A stretch of DNA of 64,000 nucleotides from Natronospirales bacterium. Lineage in GTDB: Bacteria > Pseudomonadota > Gammaproteobacteria > Natronospirales > JAIVGZ01. The stretch lies in the NCBI GenBank assembly GCA_020201335.1, contig JAIVGZ010000004.1:1764-65763 (forward strand), in the 5' to 3' direction. Made by a program: the position numbers and the translations under genes. Positions 1-10,792 of the stretch are shown here, piece by piece. How positions within the stretch are numbered: position 1 is the stretch's first letter; every line of letters starts with the position of its first letter. Below the pieces are notes generated by a model. The model was not told the DNA's origin, ran no database searches, and saw only the letters and a list, made by a program, of their open reading frames with translations.

Positions 1-273
<273 letters not shown>

Positions 274-453
274 CTACGGATGTACACTGTCATCGAGCGC
301 ACCGTATTCGATTCAGGTGCTCAAGTATAGGGCTCAAATACCTGAATCGTAAGGATAATGCCGGTTATCACCTACTTGACGGTATTCCGGCACGGTGCTA
401 GTGTTTGGAAGCTTACGATTTAGAATCAACCACTTGCGGGATGGAGAACAAAA

Positions 454-1059
454 ATGACCATGGTTTCTGGCAAGACTTTGTTGATGGCGGCGTTGCTCGG
501 GCTCGCCGTATCCGGATGTGCAACCCAGCCCGCGCCGGAAGCCACCGGTCCGACCGCGGCTGAACTTGAGGCGGAGCGTGCTGCACGCGCAGCCGCTGAA
601 GCGCGTGAGGCCGACCGCCGTGCGCTCGGTGAAGCACGCCAGCTGATCGTGCAGGCGCGTCAGTACACGAACCTGAACGCGGACCAGCAGGGCCGGCTCC
701 GTCAGGCGGACCAGGCAATCAACAACGGCGAAGGCCGTCGTGCGGTCGAATTGCTGAACCGCCTGCTGTCGGAACTGCGTTCGGCGCGTAGCACTTACCG
801 CGTCGTCGGCGGCGACAGCCTGTGGCGCATCGCCGGTCGCGGCGAAGTGTACGGCAACTCGTATCAGTGGCCGCTGCTGTACAAGGAAAACGCTGCCAAG
901 ATCCAGGACGCGGACCTGATTCATCCGAACCAGGAGCTCAGCGTCGTTACGCACCCGATGCAGAACGACGTCGACGCCGCCGTCCAGCACGCGCGTAACC
1001 GTGGCGCCTGGGAAATCGGCCGCACCGAGGATTCGGACCGCCGTTACCTCGGCCGGTAA
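454..1059 (+). CDS. LysM-domain lipoprotein
   Basis: Lipobox VSGC; LysM motif YRVVGGDSLWRIAG...WPLLYKEN...DADLIHPNQEL. Confidence 0.85.
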   Translation: MTMVSGKTLLMAALLGLAVSGCATQPAPEATGPTAAELEAERAARAAAEAREADRRALGEARQLIVQARQYTNLNADQQGRLRQADQAINNGEGRRAVELLNRLLSELRSARSTYRVVGGDSLWRIAGRGEVYGNSYQWPLLYKENAAKIQDADLIHPNQELSVVTHPMQNDVDAAVQHARNRGAWEIGRTEDSDRRYLGR

Positions 1060-1076
1060 GCAAAGCGACAAGCTGT

Positions 1077-1108
1077 AAAAAAAACCCCGCTTCGGCGGGG
1101 TTTTTTTT
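1077..1108. terminator. Bidirectional intrinsic terminator
   Basis: A8-CCCCGC-TTCG-GCGGGG-T8 between convergent genes. Confidence 0.9.
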
Positions 1109-1116
1109 GCAATCCT

Positions 1117-1141
1117 GTGGGAGCGAATCTGTGATTCGCGA
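1117..1141 (+). repeat. REP-like palindrome, family C (GTGGGAGCGAATCTGTGATTCGCGA)
   Basis: GTGG foot plus GCGAATC/GATTCGC hairpin; other copies at 8793, 62330 and a variant at 55866. Confidence 0.85.
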
Positions 1142-1145
1142 ATTT

Positions 1146-1415
1146 TTAAAGCACTGTAAATGTGAGCGGCACTTCGTCCAGCACCACCGGTTCGACCTCA
1201 ATGCCGTCAACGCGCGCGAGGCGGGGGCCGCGTCGTAGCCATTCGACCAGAGCGTCCACGCCGTCGGCTGGCCCGCACGCGATAACTTCGACGCTGCCAT
1301 CCGGGCAATTTTTGGCCCAACCGGTGACCCCCAGGCGCGCTGCTTGCTCCGCGGCGGAGCCGCGGAACCATACGCCCTGCACACGGCCTGTGACCCTGAT
1401 CTTCGCGGTTTTCAT
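1146..1415 (-). CDS. acyP: Acylphosphatase
   Basis: [11 protein letters not shown] and [12 protein letters not shown] motifs; ATG overlaps the slt stop (ATGA). Confidence 0.92.
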   Translation of the reverse strand: MKTAKIRVTGRVQGVWFRGSAAEQAARLGVTGWAKNCPDGSVEVIACGPADGVDALVEWLRRGPRLARVDGIEVEPVVLDEVPLTFTVL

Positions 1416-1990
1416 TGCCGGTACCACCGTTCGGACAGCGCGGACAGCACGCGGTCCGGGTACTCACGGCGGCCCGCGCTGCCGTTGTAACGTGCGAGCG
1501 CGTTCGTGAGTTCGCCGTTCTCACGGTCAAGGTAGTACTTGAGTATCGTGCAACCCATCCGCAGATTCAGCGCCGCATCGAATAGATTCGTGTGCTCGAC
1601 CTCGAGTTCGTCGAGCCAGAAGGACATGATTTGCATCAGCCCTTGCGCGCCCGCGCGTGATACAGCGAAGCGGTCGAAACCACTCTCAACTTCGATTACG
1701 GCGAGCACGAGTTCCGGCGGTAGCCCGGCTCGGCGCGCCTCGCGGTGTACGAGCCGCAGCAGTTCGATCCGGTGCGTCGTGTCGGCGACGCGCGGAGCCA
1801 GCCGTTGCGACATGTCGAGCAGCCACACCTCAGCGTCGAAACGGTCATTAAAACTGTCGCTCGCCGCAACCGCATCGGCCAATGCCGCGCGCAGCGCCGG
1901 GTCCGGTTCTACCGGCTGCGCGTGCACCGGCATCGTCGCGAACAACGCTATTAGCACCAGCGTGGGAGCGGTGCTCCGCACCGCGATCAA
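1412..1990 (-). CDS. Lytic transglycosylase (SLT domain), secreted
   Basis: [16 protein letters not shown] and ALARYNG motifs; signal peptide; TTG start overlaps the proS stop. Confidence 0.9.
   Translation of the reverse strand: MIAVRSTAPTLVLIALFATMPVHAQPVEPDPALRAALADAVAASDSFNDRFDAEVWLLDMSQRLAPRVADTTHRIELLRLVHREARRAGLPPELVLAVIEVESGFDRFAVSRAGAQGLMQIMSFWLDELEVEHTNLFDAALNLRMGCTILKYYLDRENGELTNALARYNGSAGRREYPDRVLSALSERWYRQ
1962..1987 (+). repeat. REP-like palindrome, family A (GTGGGAGCGGTGCTCCGCACCGCGAT), inside the slt 5' end
   Basis: GCGGTGC-TCC-GCACCGC hairpin; read as IAVRSTAPT in Slt. Confidence 0.9.
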
Positions 1991-3699
1991 TTTCCGCTTA
2001 GCTGCTGGGTGAGGAACTCAACCACATCACCCACTTTCACCATCACCGCCTCCGCATCCTGCCGGCCCTTGTACTCGACCGTGCCTGCGGCGAGGCCTTT
2101 CTCGCCGATGACGATGCGGTGGGGGATGCCGATGAGTTCCATCTCGGCGAACATCACGCCCGGCCGCGCGTCGCGGTCGTCGAGCAGCACCTCTATGCCC
2201 GCTGCGGCGAGCGCGTCGTGCAGGTCGGTTGCAGCGGCACGCACGGCATCAGATTTGTGCGCATTCATCGGCAGTACCGCGACCTGGAACGGTGCGATTG
2301 GGCCCGGCCAGACGATGCCGCGGTCATCGTGGTTCTGCTCGATTGCCGCAGCGACGATCCGTGAGACGCCGATGCCGTAACACCCCATCAGCATCGGCGT
2401 TTCGCCGCCATCCTCGGTAACGACGGTCGCGCCCATCGCGCTGCTGTAACCGGTTCCGAGCTGAAAGATGTGCCCGACCTCGATGCCGCGCGCGATGGAC
2501 AGCGTGCCGCGCCCATCGGGGCTCGGGTCGCCGTCGACGACACGCCGCAGGTCTGCGGTCTCGGCAAGTTCGACGTCCCGGCCCCAGTTCACACCGGTGT
2601 AATGGAAGCCGTCCGCGTTCGCGCCGCAGGTGAAGTCCGCGAGCGCGGCCGCAGCGCGATCGACAATCACACGGACCTTGAGCCCCACGGGCCCGAGCGA
2701 ACCCGGGCCGGCGCCGACGGCCTTCCGGATGCGCGCCTCGTCGGTGAAGGTGAGCGGTGCGGCGATACCGTCGAGCAGCTCTGCCTTCACGGTGTTGAGT
2801 TCGTGGTCGCCGCGCACGACCAGCGCCACCGGTGCGCCGTCATCGCCGTCGACCATCAGCGTCTTCACGCCCGCGGCTGCGGCTATGCCGAGCTTCGCGC
2901 ACAGGTCGTCCATGGTGCGTACGCCCGGCGTCGCGATCTTTTCGAGTTCGTGCGCTGCAGCCGGCGCGCCACCTGCCGGTGCAAGCGCTTCAGCCAGCTC
3001 GACGTTCGCTGCGTAATCGCTCGTGTCCGAAAATGCGATTGCGTCTTCACCGGAATCGGCAAGCACGTGGAACTCGTGTGAATGGCTGCCGCCAATCTCA
3101 CCCGTCGCGGCGCGCACTGCACGGAAGCGCAGACCTGCGCGTTCGAACACGCGCGCGTACGCGTCGTACATCCGGTCGTAGGTCTCCTGCAAAGATGCCT
3201 GCGAGTCGTGGAACGAATAGGCGTCCTTCATCAGGAACTCGCGCGCGCGCATCACGCCGAAGCGTGGGCGTATTTCGTCGCGGAACTTGGTCTGAATCTG
3301 GTAATAGGTTATGGGTAACTGCCGGTAGCTCTTCAACTCGCGGCGCGCGTAGTCGGTGATGACCTCTTCGTGCGTGGGCCCGAAGCAGTAGTCACGCTCG
3401 TGGCGGTCTTTCATGCGCAACAGCAGCGGGCCGTACTTGTCCCAGCGCCCGGTTTCCTGCCACAGCTCGGCCGGCTGCACGGCCGGCATCAGAAGCTCCA
3501 GCGCGCCGGCGCGGTCCATCTCCTCGCGCACGATTCGCTCGACCTTGCGCATCACCCTGAGGCCGAGGGGCAGCCAGGTGTACAGCCCGGCCGCGAGCTT
3601 GCGGATCAACCCGGCGCGCAGCATCAGCTGGTGGCTGACGATTTCGGCATCGGCGGGTGTCTCCTTGACGGTGTTCAACGGGAATCGGCTTGTGCGCAT
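1987..3699 (-). CDS. proS: Proline--tRNA ligase
   Basis: 570 aa; [32 protein letters not shown] and [10 protein letters not shown] motifs; editing insertion present. Confidence 0.98.
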   Translation of the reverse strand: MRTSRFPLNTVKETPADAEIVSHQLMLRAGLIRKLAAGLYTWLPLGLRVMRKVERIVREEMDRAGALELLMPAVQPAELWQETGRWDKYGPLLLRMKDRHERDYCFGPTHEEVITDYARRELKSYRQLPITYYQIQTKFRDEIRPRFGVMRAREFLMKDAYSFHDSQASLQETYDRMYDAYARVFERAGLRFRAVRAATGEIGGSHSHEFHVLADSGEDAIAFSDTSDYAANVELAEALAPAGGAPAAAHELEKIATPGVRTMDDLCAKLGIAAAAGVKTLMVDGDDGAPVALVVRGDHELNTVKAELLDGIAAPLTFTDEARIRKAVGAGPGSLGPVGLKVRVIVDRAAAALADFTCGANADGFHYTGVNWGRDVELAETADLRRVVDGDPSPDGRGTLSIARGIEVGHIFQLGTGYSSAMGATVVTEDGGETPMLMGCYGIGVSRIVAAAIEQNHDDRGIVWPGPIAPFQVAVLPMNAHKSDAVRAAATDLHDALAAAGIEVLLDDRDARPGVMFAEMELIGIPHRIVIGEKGLAAGTVEYKGRQDAEAVMVKVGDVVEFLTQQLSGN

Positions 3700-3727
3700 C
3701 CGCGGATTCTAGCAACCTGTAGCGCTT

Positions 3728-4732
3728 ATGACACTTCGTTCCTGGACCGACAAAGATATTGCGCCCGGTGGCCTCGACGGGCTGTGTGTCGCGGTGTTCG
3801 GCTACGGCGCACAAGGACGCGCCCACGCGCTCAACCTGCGCGACTCCGGCGTCGAAGCCGTGGTCGCGTTGCGCGATGGCTCACCGCGAGGCGCGCGGGC
3901 CGCTGCGGACGGGATGACCGTGTGCGCACCGGCCGCCGCCGCACAGCGTGCGGACCTCGTGATGCTACTCGTACCTGATGACGCGCAACCTGCGCTGTAC
4001 GAAGAAGTACTCGAAGGTGCGATGAAGCCGCAGGCCGCTCTGGTGTTTGCGCACGGTTTCAACATCCACTATCGCCGCATCAGCCCGCGTGCCGACCTCG
4101 ATGTTCTGCTGGTAGCCCCGAAGGGGATTGGCGATCAGGTGCGCTCAACCTACGAGGCGGGCGCCGGCGTGCCGGGCCTTGTCGCAGTGCACCAGGACGC
4201 GAGCGGCGACGCACTCGCGCGCGCGCTCGCGTATGCCAGTGCGGTCGGGCACGGCCGTGCGGTGATACTCGGAACGACTTTCGCCGACGAGACCGAGACC
4301 GACCTGTTTGGCGAGCAGGCGGTGCTGTGCGGTGGGCTGACCGCGCTCGCGCAGGCCGGTTTCGATACGCTGGTCGAAGCCGGCTATCCACCGGAGCTCG
4401 CGTATTTCGAGTGCCTGCACGAGATCAAGTTAATCGCCGACCTGATGTACGCGCGCGGCATCGCCGGCATGCGTGAGTCAATCTCGACGACGGCGGCATA
4501 CGGCGACTGCACGCGCGGCCCGCGCATCATCGACGCCGCCACGCGGGACACGATGCGGGCAATCCTAGCTGAGATTCGCTCCGGGGCGTTCGCCTCCGAA
4601 CTCGCCGATGAGCTTGCCGCAGGGCGCCCGGCGCTGACCCGCGCACAGGCTGAGGCCCGGGCCGGCGCGCTGGAAACGGTTGGTCGCGGGCTCCGCCGGA
4701 AGATGCCTTTTATTGGTGATGAATCGGAGTAG
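3728..4732 (+). CDS. ilvC: Ketol-acid reductoisomerase
   Basis: GYGAQGRAHALNLRDSG, FAHGFNIH and ETETDLFGEQAVLCGG motifs. Confidence 0.96.
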   Translation: MTLRSWTDKDIAPGGLDGLCVAVFGYGAQGRAHALNLRDSGVEAVVALRDGSPRGARAAADGMTVCAPAAAAQRADLVMLLVPDDAQPALYEEVLEGAMKPQAALVFAHGFNIHYRRISPRADLDVLLVAPKGIGDQVRSTYEAGAGVPGLVAVHQDASGDALARALAYASAVGHGRAVILGTTFADETETDLFGEQAVLCGGLTALAQAGFDTLVEAGYPPELAYFECLHEIKLIADLMYARGIAGMRESISTTAAYGDCTRGPRIIDAATRDTMRAILAEIRSGAFASELADELAAGRPALTRAQAEARAGALETVGRGLRRKMPFIGDESE

Positions 4733-4767
4733 AATACGCGGCTTTTCACGCAGACCGGATTCGCTGA

Positions 4768-5361
4768 ATGCCCAGACAGACCCATCCAGGGCTCGCCCGC
4801 GAGGGCTGGCCCTTCATTACCGCGGCCGCGGTCGCGGGTGTCGTTGCATGGTTCATCAACCCCGAGTGGTCGGCGCCGTTCGTTGTCCTCGTCATCGTGT
4901 TCGCGATGAAGTTCCGGGACCCATCGCGGGAGGTGCCGCCGGAGCCGCTTGGAGTGGTCAGTCCGGTCGACGGCATCGTCGAGCTGGTCGAGACGACGCA
5001 GGATCCATGCCTCGGCCGCAACGCGATGCGCATACGCATCCGCATCGCGCGCTTCGGTGCATACAGCGCGCGCGCTCCAGTTGAAGGCAAGCTGTTGGAC
5101 TTCAAAGGCCAGCGCGGAATGCGGATCCAGACCGATGAGAAAGACGATGTCATCCTCATCCTCAACGAAGCACCGGCATTCGCACGCCCTCGCGCGCTGG
5201 TCGGCTATGGTTCGCGCGTCGGGCAGGGCCAGCGCTGCGCGGTGGTGCGTATGGCCCGCATCGCCGAGGTCTACCTGCCGGCGGGCGTACGCGTACAAGT
5301 GAAGCCGGGGCGCCGGGTGCTTGCGGGATCGGAGCTCTTGGCAACGCTAGTACACGATTAA
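4768..5361 (+). CDS. Phosphatidylserine decarboxylase-like protein with degenerate catalytic motifs
   Basis: REGWPFI, FRDPSR, SPVDG and RAPVEG motifs and a position upstream of pssA. It lacks HVNR and the FGS autocleavage motif. Confidence 0.75.
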   Translation: MPRQTHPGLAREGWPFITAAAVAGVVAWFINPEWSAPFVVLVIVFAMKFRDPSREVPPEPLGVVSPVDGIVELVETTQDPCLGRNAMRIRIRIARFGAYSARAPVEGKLLDFKGQRGMRIQTDEKDDVILILNEAPAFARPRALVGYGSRVGQGQRCAVVRMARIAEVYLPAGVRVQVKPGRRVLAGSELLATLVHD

Positions 5362-5391
5362 TCGCGGTTCTAAACCGGTATGATTGGGGGC

Positions 5392-6174
5392 ATGCAGAAC
5401 CCCGACGAACCTCAGGCGCAAGACGACACCGGCCCACGCCGCGCGATCTACCTGCTGCCGAACCTGTTCACCACCGCAGCGATGTTCGCCGGCTTCTTCG
5501 CGATCATCGCGGCGATGGGTGGGCGCTTCTCCAGTGCCGCAATCGCAATCATCATCGCCGGCGTCCTCGACGGGCTCGACGGGCGCATCGCCCGGATGAC
5601 CAACACGCAGAGCGATTTCGGCAAAGAATACGATTCGATGTCGGACCTCGTTTCGTTCGGACTCGCGCCCGCGCTCGTCATGTACCAGTGGGCACTCGAG
5701 GGCATGGCGTCGTACGGCTGGCTATGGTCGAAGGTCGGTTGGTTGGCCGCGTTCTTCTACGCGGTCTGCGCAGCGATGCGCCTCGCGCGCTTCAATACGC
5801 AGGCAGGCGTCGTCGACCGCCGCTACTTCGTCGGCCTCGCGAGCCCGGCCGCCGCCGGCTTGCTGGCGACCTTCGTCTGGGTCGGCCACGACTTCGGTTT
5901 CGAAGGCAGCGACCTTGTGATACCGGCCTTGTTGTTCACGGTGCTGGCCGGTGCGCTGATGGTCTCGCGCGTCAACTACTACAGCTTCAAGGACCTGAAC
6001 CTCGGCCAGCGCGTGTCGTTTCCGATGCTGATCCTCGTACCTCTGGTCTTCATCCTGATCGCGTTGAACCCGCCGAAAGTGCTGTTCCTGATGGGGTTCA
6101 GCTATGTGGCATCCGGTCCGGCGATTGAACTCTGGCGCATTTACCGGCGCCGCCGGAGCGCGGGCGCGGCGTAA
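5392..6174 (+). CDS. pssA: CDP-diacylglycerol--serine O-phosphatidyltransferase
   Basis: LLPNLFT and DGLDGRIAR...FGKEYDSMSDLVSFG CDP-alcohol motif; RLARFN. Confidence 0.95.
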   Translation: MQNPDEPQAQDDTGPRRAIYLLPNLFTTAAMFAGFFAIIAAMGGRFSSAAIAIIIAGVLDGLDGRIARMTNTQSDFGKEYDSMSDLVSFGLAPALVMYQWALEGMASYGWLWSKVGWLAAFFYAVCAAMRLARFNTQAGVVDRRYFVGLASPAAAGLLATFVWVGHDFGFEGSDLVIPALLFTVLAGALMVSRVNYYSFKDLNLGQRVSFPMLILVPLVFILIALNPPKVLFLMGFSYVASGPAIELWRIYRRRRSAGAA

Positions 6175-6177
6175 GGC

Positions 6178-6876
6178 ATGGACCCGGTCAGGAAGTTCTA
6201 CCTCGACGCGATGGACGTGCCGGTATATGTGCGGCGGGAGCACGCTGTGGAACCTGTCATTGCTGAGCCAGCGCCGACCATCGCGGTGCGGAGCACCGCT
6301 CCTACACCCTCGCCCGAGATCGGCTGGGAGGAATTGCAGCGCCTGGTCGCCGCGTGCACTGCGTGCGAACTCAGCACGATGCGCACGCAGACGGTGTTCG
6401 GCGTCGGTGACCCGGGCGCGCGTTGGATGGTGGTCGGCGAGGCGCCAGGCGCCGAGGAAGACGCCCGCGGTGAACCATTCGTCGGCCGCGCCGGGCAGCT
6501 GCTCAACGCGATGCTCGAATCGGCCGGCGCGCCGCGCGAGCGCGTATTCATCGCCAACACGCTGAAGTGTCGCCCACCGGGTAATCGTGACCCCGCGCCC
6601 GCAGAACTCGGAGCATGCCGCAGTTTCCTCGACCGGCAGATTGAGCTTGTGCAGCCTGAACTCATCCTCGTCGTCGGTCGCATCGCCGCGCAGGCGCTGC
6701 TCGATACCGATACCGCGATTGGCAAGCTGCGCGGCGTCGTGCACCGTTACGGCCCGCGGGAGATTCCGCTGGTCGCAACCTACCATCCGGCCTACCTGCT
6801 GCGTTCGCCGGGCCAGAAACGCCGCGCCTGGGATGACCTCAAGTTGGCGCTCGGCGTCGCCGCTCCCATCGCGTGA
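6178..6876 (+). CDS. Uracil-DNA glycosylase family 4 (Fe-S)
   Basis: [28 protein letters not shown] and YHPAYLLR motifs. Confidence 0.95.
   Translation: MDPVRKFYLDAMDVPVYVRREHAVEPVIAEPAPTIAVRSTAPTPSPEIGWEELQRLVAACTACELSTMRTQTVFGVGDPGARWMVVGEAPGAEEDARGEPFVGRAGQLLNAMLESAGAPRERVFIANTLKCRPPGNRDPAPAELGACRSFLDRQIELVQPELILVVGRIAAQALLDTDTAIGKLRGVVHRYGPREIPLVATYHPAYLLRSPGQKRRAWDDLKLALGVAAPIA
6280..6305 (-). repeat. REP family A inside the UDG N-terminal linker
   Basis: ATCGCGGTGCGGAGCACCGCTCCTAC on +, read as IAVRSTAPT. Confidence 0.9.
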
Positions 6877-7132
6877 GCGCGCAGCGCGAGCCACTGCCGC
6901 CGCGCCTGCGGCCGATGCGAATCGCGGATGTCGATGCGGTAATGGCGGTCGAGAAGGCTGCGTACCCATTTCCGTGGACCGTCGGCATCTTCAGCGATTG
7001 CCTGCGCATTGGCTATTGCTGCTGGATTGCTGAAGACGCGGAAGGCGTCGCCGGCTATGCGGTGATGGCTGCAGGGCCCCGGCGGGGCGGGGCAAACGGG
7101 AAGACGCAATCGTATTGGCAAAAACCCTATAG
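6873..7132 (+). pseudogene. rimI: Ribosomal protein S18 acetyltransferase RimI, internally deleted and frameshifted
   Basis: N-terminus ([30 protein letters not shown]) is followed in another frame by the C-terminus ([20 protein letters not shown] 7130-7132). The acetyl-CoA-binding middle is absent. Confidence 0.85.
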
Positions 7133-7145
7133 AATCCGCGGCCTG

Positions 7146-8732
7146 ATGACGACGCTTCCCCCGGAAATCGCCCGCCGCCGTACCTTCGCAATCATCTCGC
7201 ACCCCGACGCGGGCAAGACGACGTTGACCGAGAAGCTGCTGCTGTTCGGTGGCGCTATCCAGATGGCCGGCACGGTGAAGGGCCGCAAGGCGGCGCGGCA
7301 TGCGACTTCGGATTGGATGGCGCTCGAGCAACAGCGTGGAATCTCAATCACCTCGTCGGTGATGCAGTTCCCGTATCGCGACCGCATCGTCAACCTGCTC
7401 GACACGCCCGGCCACGAAGATTTCTCCGAGGACACCTACCGGACATTGACCGCAGTCGATTCCGCGCTAATGGTGATCGACTGCGCGAAGGGCGTCGAGG
7501 AGCGCACGATCAAGCTGATGGAGGTGTGCCGTATGCGCGACACACCGATCTACACCTTCATCAACAAGCTCGACCGCGAAGGCCGCGAGCCGATGGAGTT
7601 GCTCGACGAAGTCGAACGCGTACTCGGCATCCGTTGCGCGCCGGTCACCTGGCCTATCGGCATGGGCCGCGCGTTGAAAGGCGTCTACCACCTGTACCGT
7701 GATGCGGTTTGCTTATATGAACCACAGAAGGGCGGGCGGCTCGGCACCAGCCGCGTGATCGACAAGCTCGACAGCCCGGAGGCGCGCGCGGTACTCGGCG
7801 ACGACTTCGACCGTTACGCCGAGGAGGTCGAGCTGGTGCGTGGCGCGAGCCACGAATTTGACCTCGACGCGTACCTCGCCGGCGAACTCACGCCAGTATT
7901 CTTCGGCTCGGCAATCAATAACTTCGGCGTACGCGAGCTGCTGGACTCCTTCGTCGAGCAGGCGCCACCGCCGCGCGGGCGGGCCACTACCGACCGCGTT
8001 GTGAATCCGGGCGAAGACGCGCTGACCGGGTTCGTGTTCAAGATCCAGGCGAATATGGACCCGCAGCACCGTGACCGCATCGCGTTCCTGCGCATCTGTT
8101 CCGGGCGCTACGAGCAGGGGATGAAGGTGTTCCATGCGCGCATCGGACGCGAAATACGCGTCGCCGACGCGCTGACCTTCATGGCGTCTGACCGGGAGGC
8201 TGCAACGGAGGCGTGGGCCGGCGACATCATAGGCCTACATAACCACGGCACAATTTCTATTGGCGATACTTTCACGCAGGGCGAGAAACTGCAGTTCACC
8301 GGCATTCCGAATTTCGCGCCGGAATTGTTCCGCCGTGCGGTACTGAAGGACCCCTTGCGCATGAAGGCGCTGCAAAAGGGCCTGGCGCAACTGTGCGAGG
8401 AGGGTGCGACGCAGTTGTTCAAGCCGCTGCGTAGCAATGACCTGATCCTCGGCGCGGTCGGCGTACTCCAGTTCGACGTCGTCGCGTACCGGCTTAAGGA
8501 CGAGTATGGCGTCGATTGCCTGTTCGAGCCGGTACAGGTTGCGACCGCACGCTGGGTGTACGCGGACGATGAGAAGAAGCTCGAAGAATTCCGTAACAAG
8601 GCGCACGATAACCTTGCGGTCGACCACGGCGATTCGCTGGTTTACATCGCGCCGACCCGGGTGAACCTGCAGCTCACCGAGGAACGTTGGCCGGATATTG
8701 AGTTGAGAGCTACACGCGAATACGCCGTGTGA
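7146..8732 (+). CDS. prfC: Peptide chain release factor 3
   Basis: [24 protein letters not shown] and NKLD motifs; ATG 7146 gives the canonical ~528 aa length. Confidence 0.97.
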   Translation: MTTLPPEIARRRTFAIISHPDAGKTTLTEKLLLFGGAIQMAGTVKGRKAARHATSDWMALEQQRGISITSSVMQFPYRDRIVNLLDTPGHEDFSEDTYRTLTAVDSALMVIDCAKGVEERTIKLMEVCRMRDTPIYTFINKLDREGREPMELLDEVERVLGIRCAPVTWPIGMGRALKGVYHLYRDAVCLYEPQKGGRLGTSRVIDKLDSPEARAVLGDDFDRYAEEVELVRGASHEFDLDAYLAGELTPVFFGSAINNFGVRELLDSFVEQAPPPRGRATTDRVVNPGEDALTGFVFKIQANMDPQHRDRIAFLRICSGRYEQGMKVFHARIGREIRVADALTFMASDREAATEAWAGDIIGLHNHGTISIGDTFTQGEKLQFTGIPNFAPELFRRAVLKDPLRMKALQKGLAQLCEEGATQLFKPLRSNDLILGAVGVLQFDVVAYRLKDEYGVDCLFEPVQVATARWVYADDEKKLEEFRNKAHDNLAVDHGDSLVYIAPTRVNLQLTEERWPDIELRATREYAV

Positions 8733-8733
8733 T

Positions 8734-8818
8734 GTAGGAGCGGCCCCAATGTGGGAGCGGCCCTCTGGCCTGTGGGAGCGACCCTCTGGCCTGTGGGAGC
8801 GAATCTGTGATTCGCGAT
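8734..8818 (+). repeat. Head-to-tail array of REP-like units: three truncated family B copies then one full family C copy
   Basis: GTAGGAGCGGCCCC / GTGGGAGCGGCCCTCTGGCCT / GTGGGAGCGACCCTCTGGCCT / GTGGGAGCGAATCTGTGATTCGCGAT, between convergent genes. Confidence 0.85.
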
Positions 8819-8824
8819 TGACGC

Positions 8825-10792
8825 TCACCTTATCGCCCGCACCGCGGTCCGCATCTCTGCAAGGTCGGCGCCGGAGCCGGCGCGCCCGTATCGGTAGCGC
8901 AGGTACGCGTCGATAAATGCGTGTACCGCGTCGGCGGCTTCGGCATCGGCTGCTGCGGCGCGCTCACCGAAGTCCCGCGGTCCTTCGTGTAATGCGCGCG
9001 GCGCGAGCCCGCGTTTCGTGAGGCGCCGCTGTAGCGCGAGGTACAGGCGTACCGCCGGGTCCCGTGGGCGGCTTGGCCGCGCGTGCCTGACCAGCCAGGC
9101 GACCAGTAGCGCCATGGCTGCAGCCACCGCAAGAAACAGCAGTATCACCAATGTCCGGTAGTCCGCGTTTTCGAAGCCGAGACGCTCGAGCAGGCGTTGC
9201 TGCTGGTCGCGGTCGTAGCCGAGCACGAATTGGTTCCAGCGGTTGTTCATGTCATCCCACTGCAGACGGAGCCGGTTCAATACTGGTATGCCGCGCATTA
9301 CGCCGGGGTTGCGGCCTTCCTCTTCACCGAGCGCATCGGCGCCGCGCTCGATGCGCTGCGGCGCGACCGCGCCGGTCGGGTCGACGCGCACCCAGCCCTC
9401 ATCTTCGAAATACACTTCGACCCATGCGTGCGCATCGGATTGCCGCACGATGAGGTAATTACCGACGGGATTCAGTTCGCCACCGTGGTAGCCGAGCACA
9501 ACGCGCGCCGGGATTCCGGCAGCGCGAGCGACGAACGCGAGAGAGCCCGCGTAGTGCTCGCAAAAGCCGCGCCGTGTGTCGAACAGAAATCCATCAACCG
9601 GGTTTGCACCAAGCGCGGGCGGAGACAGCGTGTAGAAGTACGGCTCGTTGCGGAACATCATCAGCATCGCTCCGAGCAACGCCCGTGGATCGTCGTGCTC
9701 GTCGGCCAGGCGCTGCGCGAGGGCCCGCGCACGCGGGTTGCCGGTGCGCGGCAACTGCGTTGAGCGGTGTCGCTCGAACAGGTTCGCATCAGGCCCGGTG
9801 CGGTACTCAAGGTGCGAGCGCATTCGATACAGGATGCGTTCCCGAACCGGCCGTTCGTGCAGCACCTGGAACGCGCGCGTGACGATCGCGTTATCGGGCG
9901 TTTCCGCTGGCAGGTCGAGCGTGAACATCCAGCGGTATCGGTGTGGCTCGAGAGAAACCTCGTACGAGACCGCCGGGCTCAGCGCCTCGTAGTTGAAGCC
10001 ATCCGGCGCGGGCTCGGCGCCCTGTTCCCACGCACGGCCGTCGAAGCTGCGCAGCACCGGTCCGCGCCAATACAGCTGCCGGGTCGGCGGTTCCTCCTCG
10101 TCGAAGGTTACGCGGAACGCGACCGCGTTCGATTGCGATAGCGCGGCGATTGCACCGGGCTCCATCCGGTCGGAAAGCCCGGTCACGGCATCCTGGCCGG
10201 CCGGCACACCCCATAGCGGCCCGGGTACGCGCGGGAACAACACGAACAGCAGCGCCGCGATCGGCAGCGCCTGCAGCAGCAGCGCGCCGGCCTGACGGAA
10301 CCGCTCGCGAGGCGCGATTCCGGTGGTCGGGTGGGTGATGTGCAGTAGCGTCGCGGTGTTTAGCCAAACCGCGCCGACCATGTACAGGCCGGTCAGGATT
10401 GTCTGTGAATACAGAAAGTTAGCGATGACGAGGATGTAGCCGATCATCACCAGAATCATGCCGTCGCGCTTGCGCACTGTTTCAGTGAGCTTCAGCGACA
10501 GCATTACGACCAGCATTGCGGTGCCGGCCTCCTGACCGCCCCACGCACGGAATTCGAGCCCGACTGCGGCGACACCTGCGACCGCGAACAACGCCCGCAC
10601 CCATGCCGGCGGCATACGCCAGCGCATGTGGGCGGCGCCGACGCGCCACAGCGCCAGCACGACGAACAGTGCGGTGATCCACACCGGCAAGCGCAATATG
10701 TGCGGCGCGAGCACCACGCCGAGGCAGATGAGCACCCACAACAGGCGGTCGCTCTCCAGGTGCTCAGTCGCGATGTGCGCGCGCACCGTCAT
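8825..10792 (-). CDS. TgpA-like transglutaminase membrane protein (DUF3488 + TGase + DUF4129)
   Basis: Multiple TM N-terminus; GFCEHYA, DAHAWVEVY and WVRVDPT catalytic motifs; ATG overlaps the DUF58 stop. Confidence 0.9.
   Translation of the reverse strand: MTVRAHIATEHLESDRLLWVLICLGVVLAPHILRLPVWITALFVVLALWRVGAAHMRWRMPPAWVRALFAVAGVAAVGLEFRAWGGQEAGTAMLVVMLSLKLTETVRKRDGMILVMIGYILVIANFLYSQTILTGLYMVGAVWLNTATLLHITHPTTGIAPRERFRQAGALLLQALPIAALLFVLFPRVPGPLWGVPAGQDAVTGLSDRMEPGAIAALSQSNAVAFRVTFDEEEPPTRQLYWRGPVLRSFDGRAWEQGAEPAPDGFNYEALSPAVSYEVSLEPHRYRWMFTLDLPAETPDNAIVTRAFQVLHERPVRERILYRMRSHLEYRTGPDANLFERHRSTQLPRTGNPRARALAQRLADEHDDPRALLGAMLMMFRNEPYFYTLSPPALGANPVDGFLFDTRRGFCEHYAGSLAFVARAAGIPARVVLGYHGGELNPVGNYLIVRQSDAHAWVEVYFEDEGWVRVDPTGAVAPQRIERGADALGEEEGRNPGVMRGIPVLNRLRLQWDDMNNRWNQFVLGYDRDQQQRLLERLGFENADYRTLVILLFLAVAAAMALLVAWLVRHARPSRPRDPAVRLYLALQRRLTKRGLAPRALHEGPRDFGERAAAADAEAADAVHAFIDAYLRYRYGRAGSGADLAEMRTAVRAIR

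Noticed and set aside
5361-5378. ATCGCGGTTCTAAACCG as a degenerate REP between the psd-like gene and pssA
   Set aside because: Only the 8-bp tail matches and the GTRG foot is absent, so it could be chance.
6873-8732. Novel RimI-RF3 fusion protein (619 aa)
   Set aside because: The RimI C-terminus and stop codon are present in another frame, and prfC has its own start giving the canonical length.
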